The notes under the pieces are model-generated. The model was given only the letters and a program-made list of their open reading frames with translations, was not told the DNA's origin and did not search any database. Below are positions 54,171-64,000 of a DNA stretch of 64,000 nt, in pieces. The position numbers were made by a program, and so were the translations under genes. Each line of letters starts with the position of its first letter. The first letter of the stretch is position 1. This DNA comes from Macrostomum lignano (taxonomy: Eukaryota): assembly GCA_002269645.1 (NCBI GenBank), contig NIVC01002216.1, forward strand, positions 62,001 through 126,000, read 5' to 3'.

Positions 54171-56139
54171 CACCCACTCTCCCCAACACACACTCCCCAA
54201 CACACACTCCCCAACACACTCTCCCCAACACCCACTCTCCCCAACACACACTCTCCCCAACACCCACTCTCCCCAACACACACTCTCCCCAACACATACT
54301 CTCCCCAACACCCACTCTCCCCAACACACACTCTCCCCAACACACACTCTCCCCAACACCCACTCTCCCCAACACACACTCTCCCCAACACACACTCTCC
54401 CAACACACACTCTCCCCAACACACACTCTCCCCAACACACACTCTCCCCAACACACACTCTCCCCAACACCCACTCTCCCCAACACACACTCTCCCCAAC
54501 ACCCACTCTCCCCAACACCCACTCTCCCCAACACACACTCTCCCCAACACCCACTCTCCCCAACACACACTCTCCCCAACACACACTCTCCCCAACACCC
54601 ACTCTCCCCAACACCCACTCTCCCCAACACACACTCTCCCCAACACACACTCTCCCCAACACACACTCTCCCCAACACCCACTCTCCCCAACACACACTC
54701 TCCCCAACACACACTCTCCCCAACACACACTCTCCCCAACACACACTCTCCCCAACACCCACTCTCCCCAACACACACTCTCCCCAACACCCACTCTCCC
54801 CAACACCCACTCTCCCCAACACACACTCTCCCCAACACCCACTCTCCCCAACACCCACTCTCCCCAACACACACTCTCCCCAACACCCACTCTCCCCAAC
54901 ACCCACTCTCCCCAACACCCACTCTCCCCAACACACACTCTCCCCAACACACACTGTCCCCAACACACACTCTCCCCAACACACTCTCCCCAACACACTC
55001 TCACCCAGATGGACAAAACTGATATTCAGTCAGCTTATTGCCCCTGTTGACCTCAATTCAGTCAGGGTGGAGCGCGCAGCTCGATTCCCATCCATCTCTT
55101 CCCAATTCGGAATCCCGACGCCAATTTGTCTGTGGGAAATTCTTTCCAGCCTCGCCCGCCCCCCGCACGCGTACTGGTCACCTGCTTGCTATCAAAATGT
55201 TTGTGCCTGCACCAGCAGCCCTTAGTGACCATCGCCCTCTCCCATTCTCTGCCTCTCGGATTTCTTTCCTGTTGCAGAGCGGCTGCAGCAGCAGAAGTGG
55301 TGAGCCATTATTTTCTGTGTGCAGAACAAACTTATTTTATGCACAATTTCTTTCTTCCCCTATCGAAAAATCCCGGCTCTTTGGAATATGACTAAGCAAA
55401 TCTGCTGCATTGTGAATTGCTTGGCCCCGCAGTTGCTATGACCACTATATAGTTTAGTTTATCTTCTGAAGCAGAAGGTCAAATCAGGTGCTGTTGCAGC
55501 AATTGGTTGCAGCCAAGTGTGACCCGGAAAGCAGTCGGCTACGGCAGCTATAATTTCTGCCTCAAATCTAGTCTGCAAAAATGTTGTTTTGCACGATAGC
55601 TTTTACAGTGAGCAGAATTTGCCTGCTCCAACAGTTATGGGATCAATTTTTATTGCAAAGCCCCATCCGGGGACAGAGCAGACGGTTTTATCACTGCTAA
55701 ATGACTGCCTAATATTTATTGGCCTGTGAGCTGGCCCAACAATTAACTTGTTTTACAAACCGATGGGAGGGCGGGGCGCTTTGAAGTTCGCGTTGTAAAA
55801 TTGGGGAGATTTAATTTGACCTCCGATGGGGCAAATGTTCGCGGGTCAGCCTTTAATCCTTACCCTAGTCCTGAGTATTGAGCAATTCATCATTTTGAAA
55901 CGAATAATCCTGCAAGCTTGACTGATTCTTGCTTACCAATACATTCTATACAAGACAGTTCTGAATGATTCTTGTGTGTTTGTAGCTGAGAAAGAATTTC
56001 TAGCTGCGAATCAGGAAGATTAGATGGAGTGGGATCAATGAAAAGGCTTAAGATGTGAAATAGAGGCAGAAATGCGCAGGGAGTTTTTATTGGAGCGGAA
56101 GTGACCAAATGAGATGCCAATATTCGCTGTCTTGGTTGG

Positions 56140-57165
56140 CCCCCTGTCTCTTAGGTGGACGCCCCTGTGTCTTAGGTGGGCGCCCCCTGTCTCCTAGGAG
56201 GGCGCCCCCTGTCTCTTAGGAGGGTGCCCCCTGTCTCTTAGGTGGGCGCCCCTGTCTCTTAGGAGGGCGCCCCTGTCTCTTAGGTGGGCGCCCCTGTCTC
56301 TTAGGTGGGCGCCCCTGTCTCCTAGGTGGGCGCCCCCTGTCTCTTAGGTGGGCGCCCCTGTCTCTTAGGTGGGCGCCCCTGTCTCTTAGGTTGGGGCCCC
56401 TGTCTCTTAGGTGGGCACCCCCTGTCTCTTAGGTGGGCACCCCCTGTCTCTTAGGTTGGGGCCCCTGTCTCTTAGGTTGGCGCCCCCTGTCTCTTAGATT
56501 GGGGCCCCTGTCTCTTAGGTGGGCGCCCCTGTCTCTTAGGTTGGCGCCCCTGTCTCTTAGGTTGGCGCCCCCTGTCTCTTAGGTGGGCGCCCCTGTCTCT
56601 TAGGTGGGGCGCCCCTGTCTCTTAGGTTGGCGCCCCCTGTCTCTTAGGTTGGGGCCCCTGTCTCTTAGGTGGGCGCCTCTGTCTCCTAGGTGGGCGCCCC
56701 CTGTCTCTTAGGTGGGCGCCCCCTGTCTCTTAGGTGGGCGCCCCTGTCTCTTAGGTGGGCGCCCCTGTCTCTTAGGTGGGCGCCCCTGTCTCTTAGGTGG
56801 GCGCCCCTGTCTCTTAGGTGGGCGCCCCTGTCTCTTAGGTGGGCGCCCCTGTCTCTTAGGTTGGGGCCCCTGTCTCTTAGGTGGGCACCCCCTGTCTCTT
56901 AGGTTGGGGCCCCTGTCTCTTAGGTGGGCACCCCCTGTCTCTTAGGTTGGGGCCCCTGTCTCTTAGGTGGGCACCCCCTGTCTCTTAGGTGGGCGCCCCT
57001 GTCTCTTAGGTGGGCGCCCCTGTCTCTTAGGTTGGGGCCCCTGTCTCTTAGGTTGGGGCCCTGTCTCTTAGGTTGGGGCCCTGTCTCTTAGGTGGGCGCC
57101 CCTGTCTCTTAGGTTGGGGCCCTGTCTCTTAGGTTGGCGCCCCTGTCCCTTAGGTTGGGGCCCCC
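56140..57165. repeat. 20-21-bp minisatellite (CCCCTGTCTCTTAGGTGGGCG)
   Basis: direct inspection. Confidence 0.95.
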
Positions 57166-58437
57166 TGTCATCCAGGTCGGTGGACCCCATCTCTAAGAGT
57201 TGGCGAAAGGTGGAGCTCCTGTCATATTGTTTTCAATTTTTTTCATTCAGTTTTTCGAGAAGCGCAATGTTCTTGCGGGGGCGATTTGGGGGCCGCCCCC
57301 CCCCCTGCCCCCCCTCTGCATACGCCACTAGGAGGGATGGAACCACATGCCCAAGCGCTGCCAAAAAGTTCAAACCGCTTAAGAAATAAAAAGTTCTCAA
57401 ACAGACATTTCCAGCCCTCCAGCTCAAGCCCCGGCAGTAAATTTAGGGGGTTAAACTCATAAAAGCGGCAGGAGTCCGCAGCACCCAACACACGCAAGCT
57501 CATGCTCAACCGGACGGCAGATATGAAACGCATACTCCGAGTAGTTTCTCTTCCCCCCAGCCCTCGCCAAAGCTTTTGAAGCTCCGTGAATTGCCTATAC
57601 GGTTCCTTCTAGCGGAACATTTTGCTGCTCGGCGAGCTGCGCCAGAGCCGATCAGATATTGGCGCCAGGGGAGCTTGGGGGAGCAGTTGGGGTTGGAGGC
57701 CACGGGGAAAGCTCCACGAGCCCTGCACCCCAGTACAGCACCCCTCCCGGCGCGATGCATGGACCCAGGAGGTCTCAGAGCCGGAACCTGGAGAGTCAGG
57801 GCTCTCTTGACCTCGCGTAAGAAAATATACGCGATCTGGAGCAATAGGCTTTAAGTTAGTGTTGATTGGAGCTTTTTGAGAAAAACCGAATTTAGCATAA
57901 CTTATGGAAGTTATGAAATTTTCAACAAAATATCCCTCAGAAACTCGAAAGCTACCTGCAGCAGTCAGCCTATTGGGATTTTACTGAAAATGGCGGATTC
58001 AAGCGAAGAGTTGGCCAGTCCAGGTTCTGCATCCGGGTCTCCTTGGCCAGACAGACGGTCGCACGGTCTGGCGGGCGGAGACGCCGGCAGTCTAACAGAG
58101 AGAGAGGCGCTTTGGCCGGTCATAAGCGCCTCTCTCTCTCTGCACACCCAGCGCTTGTAGTTGCAGATTCTTATCTTCAATGCTGTGCATCGCCCTCCCC
58201 CCCTCTCTCTCTCTCTAACAGTGCGCATGCGGAACCCGGCGCAATGCATGAGTAATGAGGGCAGATTGGGGCTGCGACTCAAAGCCCAGCAGCCGCCGCG
58301 GCCGCCGCCACTGCTCAGAGCAGTGCCTCAGTGGATGATCTGGATATTTCCCTGAGCTCAGAATAAAGGCTTGGCGACATCGAAGTACAACTTTGCGAGC
58401 TCCCAGGAAGGATGGGAGTTCGAAACTTCTTCCCAAA

Positions 58438-58975
58438 TTAGCACAAATGAGCTCCGATTCAGCACAAATGAGCTCCGATTCAGCACAAATGAACTCCGAT
58501 TCAGCACAAATGAACTCCGACTCAGCACAAATGAACTCCGATTCAGCACAAATGAACTCCGACTCAGCACAAATGAACTCCAAGTCAGCACAATTGAACT
58601 CTGATTCAGCACAAATGAACTCCGACTCAGCACAATTGAACTCTGATTCAGCACAAATGAACTCCGACTCAGCACAAATGAACTCCGATTCAGCACAATT
58701 GAACTCTGATTCAGCACAAATGAACTCCGATTCAGCACAATTGAACTCTGATTCAGCACAAATGAACTCCGACTCAGCACAAATACGCGTAAACTCCGAT
58801 TCAGCACAAATGAACTCCGACTCAGCACAATTGAACTCCGACTCAGCACAATTGAACTCCGACTCAGCACAATTGAACTCCGACTCAGAAAAAATGAGCT
58901 CCGGCTCAGCACAAATGAACTCCGACTCAGCACAAATGAACTCCGACTCAGCACAAATGAACTCCGATTCAGCAC
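58438..58975. repeat. 21-bp minisatellite (TCAGCACAAATGAACTCCGAY)
   Basis: period 21. Confidence 0.95.
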
Positions 58976-59717
58976 TAGACCGCCCGCCTCAAGTCAGAAG
59001 AATGTTCACTCAAGAATCTTCAATAAGCGCACTTTACCGTATCCAAGAAGCCACAACGGAAAGCCCCATGTGCCAATGCGCTTTGAGAGAATAAAAATGC
59101 ATTAAGAATGGAAATGGCTTGACCGCCCACAGCATGTAGCGATGAGAAATATTCTCACAATATTCTCCGACTTAGCCAGAGTTTACGCGCCACGATTTAC
59201 TACAAGCGATATGAAAAGTTTGAAATAAACAGACTCAGTTATGATAAGCATGGTAGAAAACTTTGTAAGAAAATTTTTACAGGAAGACGGAAAGCAGATT
59301 GCACTTTTAGAAGATAAGAATCCCCTCAACTGTAATTTTTGCTTTTTTCCAAAGCCGACAAAGACGCAAGCGGAGAGCTGCTCTCTATTAATTTTTCTTT
59401 CCATTTAGGATTTCAAGAGCTGGACCCTCAAGCCTTTTATAGCCTCACCAAGCCTTTTATAGCCTCACCAAGCCTTTTATAGCCTCACTAAGCCTTTTAT
59501 AGCCTCACCATAGCCACACCCGAATCCCTGAGGACTCATCTACGAAGCGCGAAGTTTCGCACCTGTGTTACTGGGCACTCTCGAGCGGCAAATAGCGCAA
59601 ACCTGCACAAACAACCGTTCATTATAGATTTATTGGCAGGCAATTCTATTGACGAGAAAATGGATGGGGAAAAGAACTGATGAAGACAGGAGCTTTTGGG
59701 CGCACCACCGCCCTCTC

Positions 59718-60795
59718 ATATCCTCAGCTGCTGGGCCAGCCTCCCAGATCCTCAGCTGCTGGGCCAGCCTCCCAGATCCTCAGCTGCTGGGCCAGCCTCC
59801 CAGATCCTCAGCTGCTGGGCCAGCCTCCCAGATCCTCAGCTGCTGGGCCAGCCTCCCAGATCCAGTTGCTGGGCCAGCCTCCCAGATCCTCAGTTGCTGG
59901 GCCAGCCTCCCAGATCCTCAGTTGCTGGGCCAGCCTCCCAAATCCAGTTGCTGGGCCAGCCTCCCAGATTCTCAGTTGCTGGGCCAGCCTCCCAGATCCT
60001 CAGTTGCTGGGCCAGCCTCCCAAATCCAGTTGCTGGGCCAGCCTCCCAGATCCTCAGCTGCTGGGCCAGCCTCCCAGATCCTGTTGCTGAGCCAGCCTCC
60101 CAGATCCTCAGTTGCTGGGCCAGCCTCCCAGATCCTCAGTTGCTGGGCCAGCCTCCCAGATCCTCAGTTGCTGGGCCAGCCTCCCAGATCCTCAGTTGCT
60201 GGGCCAGCCTCTCAGATCCTCAGTTTCTGAGCCAGCTTCCCGGATCCCCAGTTGCTGGGCCAGCCTCCCAGATCCCCAGTTGCTGAGCCAGCTCCCAGAT
60301 CCTTAGTTGCTGGGCCAGCCTCCCAAATCCAGTTGCTGGGCCAGCCTCCCAGATCCCCAGTTGCTGAGCCAGCTCCCAGATCCTCAGCTGCTGGGCCAGC
60401 CTCCCAAATCCAGTTGCTGGGCCAGCCTCCCAGATCCTCAGTTGCTGGGCCAGCCTCCCAGATCCTCAGTTGCTGGGCCAGCCTCCCAGATCCTCAGTTG
60501 CTGGGCCAGCCTCCCGGATCCCCAGTTGCTGGGCCAGCCTCCCAGATGCCCAGTTGCTGGGCCAGCCTCCAAGATCCTCAGTTGCTGGGCCAGCCTCCAA
60601 GATCCTCAGTTGCTGAGCCAGCCTCCCGGTTACTCAGTTGCTGAGCCAGCCTCCCGGATCCCCAGTTCCTGATCCCCAGGCCACCGCCGAACTCCAAGAT
60701 TCCCGGATCCCCAGTTGCTGGGCCAACGCCGACCTCCAAGATTCCCGGATCCCCAGTTGCTGGGCCACCGCCGACCTCCAAGATTCCCGGATCCC
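59718..60795. repeat. 28/25-bp minisatellite (GCTGGGCCAGCCTCCCAGATCCTCAGTT) grading into a longer ~40-bp unit
   Basis: direct inspection. Confidence 0.9.
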
Positions 60796-60807
60796 CTATT
60801 CGCTCAC

Positions 60808-61019
60808 CTGCAGAGCCCTGGAGACGACGCAGCCCGAGACGCCGCGGCCATCTTCAAGCGGACGCCTCGTGGCGTTGGCGCCGCCTCTGCATCCGGTCGC
60901 ATCGTCGCCGGCGGACCGGACGAAAATTCGCGTCCGATCCGGACAGCGTAGAAGCCGCTGGCCGCCACCAACCGGACAGCTGGACAGCTGAGGCAGCCGG
61001 CTCACCTGCCGAATCAGCG
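60808..61019 (-). CDS. Lectin-TM gene exon 2 (SUEL1 N-half)
   Basis: ccgcag|CG; SSCPVGGGQRLLRCPDRTRIFVRSA...GCVVSRALQ; donor gtgagc. Confidence 0.8.
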
Positions 61020-61064
61020 CTGCGGTTGCCAGGGTGGACAGTCAGTGTCCGTGATGGAGCGACC

Positions 61065-61715
61065 CCCTGCTGCCTCCGCTGTTGACCCCCCTGCTGCCTC
61101 CGCTGTTGACCCCCCTGCTGCCTCCGCTGTTGACCCCCCTGCTGCCTCCGCTGTTGACCCCCCTGCTGCCTCCGCTGTTGACCCCCCTGCTGCCTCCGCT
61201 GTTGACCCCCCTGCTGCCTCCGCTGTTGACCCCCCTGCTGCCTCCGCTGTTGACCCCCCTGCTGCCTCCGCTTTTGACCCCCCGTCGCCTCCCATGTTGA
61301 CCCCCTGCTGCCTCCACTGTTGACCCCCCGCTGTCTCGCCTGTTAACCCCCCGCTGTTTCCCCTGTTAACCCCCTGCTGCCTCGCCTGTTGACCCCCCAC
61401 TGTCTCCCCTGTTGACCCCCCTGCTGCCTCCCCTGTTGACCCCCCGCTGCCTCCCCTGTTGACCCCCGCTGTCTCCCCTGTTGACCCCCCTGCTGTCTCC
61501 CCTGTTGACCCCCCGCTGCCTCCCCTGTTGACCCCCCTGCTGCCTCTTCTGTTGACCCTCCTGCTGGCTCCCCTGTTGACCCCCCTGCTGCCTCCCCTGT
61601 TGACCCCCCTGCTGCCTCTTCTGTTGACCCTCCTGCTGGCTCCCCTGTTGACCCCCCTGCTGCCTCCCCTGTTGACCCCCCTGCTGCCTCCCGTGTTGAC
61701 CCCCCCCCCACTGCC
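61065..61715. repeat. 24-bp minisatellite (GTTGACCCCCCTGCTGCCTCCGCT)
   Basis: fills intron 1 of the lectin-TM gene. Confidence 0.95.
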
Positions 61716-61744
61716 TCCCAGTACCCCCAGAACTTGCAGCTCAC

Positions 61745-61940
61745 CTTTATAGTGGTTCAGCTTCTCCAGGTCCACCCGGATGATGCCCGGATGTCCGTCA
61801 GGCAGGCCGGGCTCCAGCCCGTCCGCCCGCAGTACGGAAGCCAGCAGAAGCAAATTCTGCAACAACAGCGGCAGCAACAGCAGGGGCTGCATCAGTTGAA
61901 GCAGACAGCTCACTTGAAGTGCGCCAAAGTATGAAGGCAT
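61745..61940 (-). CDS. Lectin-TM gene exon 1 (signal peptide)
   Basis: ATG at 61940; MPSYFGALQVSCLLQLMQPLLLLPLLLQNLLLLASVLRA hydrophobic leader; donor G|gtgagc. Confidence 0.75.
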
Positions 61941-62042
61941 TCCAGCTGGCCCTGATGACTTAACAGACCAGCTGACCGATTCAACCGCTAAATAAAGTCA
62001 ACCCGATAGCACTGGCAAGGCATTTCTAAACTGGCGTCTCGA

Positions 62043-62283
62043 CCAATAGGAGCTCGTCTGCGAGCTTCCCGCTCTCTGATTGGTTGAGAATTTTGCCTTC
62101 TATTTTTATGGACCCACTTGATGGCGTTTAAAAACTGATTGCATTTGAGAAATTTAAAGACTTGCCGGAGACTTTAACACCGAGTGATCCTACACAATGC
62201 GGAGATTAAACGATTTTTGTAGCTCATGAGATTTGCTTTTTTGCCGAAGTTTTGCCAAATCTTGCCAAGACAAGTGAGCCAAT
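62043..62283. promoter_or_regulatory. Candidate CCAAT-box promoter of the lectin-TM gene
   Basis: CCAAT at 62043 and 62279, ATTGG at 62079, all 100-350 bp upstream of the ATG at 61940; motif presence only. Confidence 0.25.
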
Positions 62284-62324
62284 CAAAACATCTACTCGAT
62301 TCTGGACTTTGCCGATACTTGAGC

Positions 62325-62472
62325 AGTGTCGCAACTCGAGCAGTGCCGATACCAGTGCCGCTACTTGAGCAGTGCCGCTACTTGAGCAGTGCCGCTACTT
62401 GAGCAGTGCCGCTACTTGAGCAGTGCCGCTACTTGAGCAGTGCCGCTACTTGAGCAGTGCCGCTACTTGAGC
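62325..62472. repeat. 17-bp minisatellite (TTGAGCAGTGCCGCTAC)
   Basis: ~8 copies. Confidence 0.9.
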
Positions 62473-62776
62473 GGAAAAAAATCGGAGCTATCCAATGCAG
62501 TTAAAAATTCTAATGTTCTAAAAATGAGACACTTTTATTTTTGAATGAAGTGTTTTTAACAAGCAAGCAGGGGGCGCTTATAAATAAAGCAATGAAATCT
62601 AGGTCATACAGTGTGCCGCTCTGCCTTTTCAGCTGAGAAAGGTGCGCGAAAAACAGAGAATTGTTATGAAACAGAGATATTAAATCTACAGAATACAATT
62701 TCTGCAACAACCAAAAGAAACTGCCTAGTCCTTGGCATGCATTTTTCTTGAGTTTTCTCTTCCAGTTTGGACAAAG

Positions 62777-62927
62777 CTAGGGTCCTGGCTGGGTGTCAAA
62801 CATCTTTTTGAACTCTTTCTGCTGCTGCTTCTCCAGCCTCTTGGCCTTCTTGAACTCCCTCCTTTGCTGCTTCTTGAGAGTGCGCTTCATGTGCTTGAGG
62901 TAGACGATCTCGTCACGGAGGCTCTTT
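62777..62927 (-). CDS. Terminal exon of an unidentified gene (basic coiled-coil-like C-terminus)
   Basis: ttccag|A phase 2 matches the upstream exon; KSLRDEIVYLKHMKRTLKKQQRREFKKAKRLEKQQQKEFKKMFDTQPGP-TAG; possible AATAAA (- strand) at 62534-62539. Confidence 0.65.
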
Positions 62928-63082
62928 CTGGAATTCAGTTGAAAAGGCACAGACTAAATACTCACAGTAGTAACTGTGGATTATAATGGCAAAAGTAATT
63001 CAGAAAATGAATGCTGATTACTAATCAATTGGCATTACTCTCAACTAAGAGGATTTTGCACATTTTATATCATCAAAGAGTG

Positions 63083-63345
63083 ATGTCTACAGAAATCATT
63101 GTCATGTCTACAGAAATCATTGTCATGTCTACAGAAATAATTGCCATGTCTACAAGAATCATTGTCATGTCTACAGAAATGATTGTCATGTCTACAGAAA
63201 TCATTGTCATGTCTAAGGGAATCATTGTCATGTCTAAGGGAATCATTTTCTTGTCTACAAGAATCATTGTCATGTCGAGAGTAATCATTAACATGTCTAC
63301 AGGAATGAAGGTGATGTCTACAGGAATCAGGGTGGTGTCTACAGA
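63083..63345. repeat. 21-bp minisatellite (GTCATGTCTACAGAAATCATT)
   Basis: intronic, diverging toward the 3' side. Confidence 0.9.
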
Positions 63346-63371
63346 AGTCGGAGACCCAAGGCCAAGCTCAC

Positions 63372-63510
63372 GCATCAATCGTGTCCATCTCAATGCCCGC
63401 CCTAGCCAGCTTCTTTCGCGGCGTCTTGCCAGCCAAGTCCTTCGTTGCCAAGATGGTGTCCCGGACGTTCGGGTCCATTCGCTTCCGTCCTCGAACGACT
63501 GCCTTCAGCC
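63372..63510 (-). CDS. Penultimate exon of an unidentified gene
   Basis: atgcag|GG...GC|gtgagc; GLKAVVRGRKRMDPNVRDTILATKDLAGKTPRKKLARAGIEMDTIDA. Confidence 0.65.
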
Positions 63511-63589
63511 CTGCATGGATTGTTGATGAATGATGAAATACGAAAGTAAAGACCGCTGACCGCTTTACATTCAATGAAGCGTGTGCATG

Positions 63590-63987
<398 letters not shown>

Positions 63988-64000
63988 GTAGTAAATCAGC

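Larger units (their letters stand above)
51790..55005. repeat. 3.2-kb 14-16-bp minisatellite (ACACTCTCCCCAACAC)n containing two retrotransposon 3' fragments
   Basis: direct inspection; source of the 1079-aa spurious ORF. Confidence 0.97.

Noticed and set aside
51773-55016. 1079-aa and overlapping VLGRVCVGES ORFs
   Set aside because: Stop-free translation of a 14-16-bp minisatellite in an intron; no domain content.
56140-57165. TTAGG motif in the 20-21-bp array as degenerate telomeric repeat
   Set aside because: A single TTAGGT per longer unit; never tandem TTAGGG.
57290-57330. MITE-like terminus (TAGTGGCGTATGCAGAGGGGG on the - strand)
   Set aside because: No matching inverted partner or TSD found nearby, so an element cannot be delimited.

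Overview
This is eukaryotic (metazoan) genomic DNA with GC-rich exons and minisatellite-packed introns. That style suggests a flatworm such as Macrostomum (inference only). All exon boundaries were derived by hand from GT/AG sites and codon phase. Contents: (1) the 3' ~2,620 codons of a + strand Fat1/Fat3/kugelei-type giant cadherin, in 16 phase-consistent exons at 6577-42641 (about a dozen cadherin repeats, LamG, 4 EGF, TM, cytoplasmic GFHWDTSDW and NPFY); (2) a complete convergent - strand 7-exon gene of 599 aa (signal peptide, two SUEL/Gal-lectin domains, TM; EVA-1/EVA1C-like) at 45767-61940; (3) the last two exons of an unidentified - strand gene at 62777-63510; (4) a ~5-kb full-length APE-RT-RNaseH non-LTR retrotransposon (R1/LOA group) at 22840-27824, inserted in a minisatellite in the 19-kb cadherin intron; (5) about 45 distinct tandem arrays covering roughly 40% of the window. 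Most notable: the retrotransposon has telomeric (TTAGGG)n at its 5' end and a TAATG stop-start ORF junction. Two 55-56-nt copies of only its 3' hairpin sit in another minisatellite 30 kb away. Mutually inverted arrays tightly bracket a frame-symmetric cadherin exon, which is the centre of a gene-wide TGACCC-to-GGGTCA polarity switch. Most long ORFs in the supplied track are translations of tandem repeats. No searches or folding programs were run.
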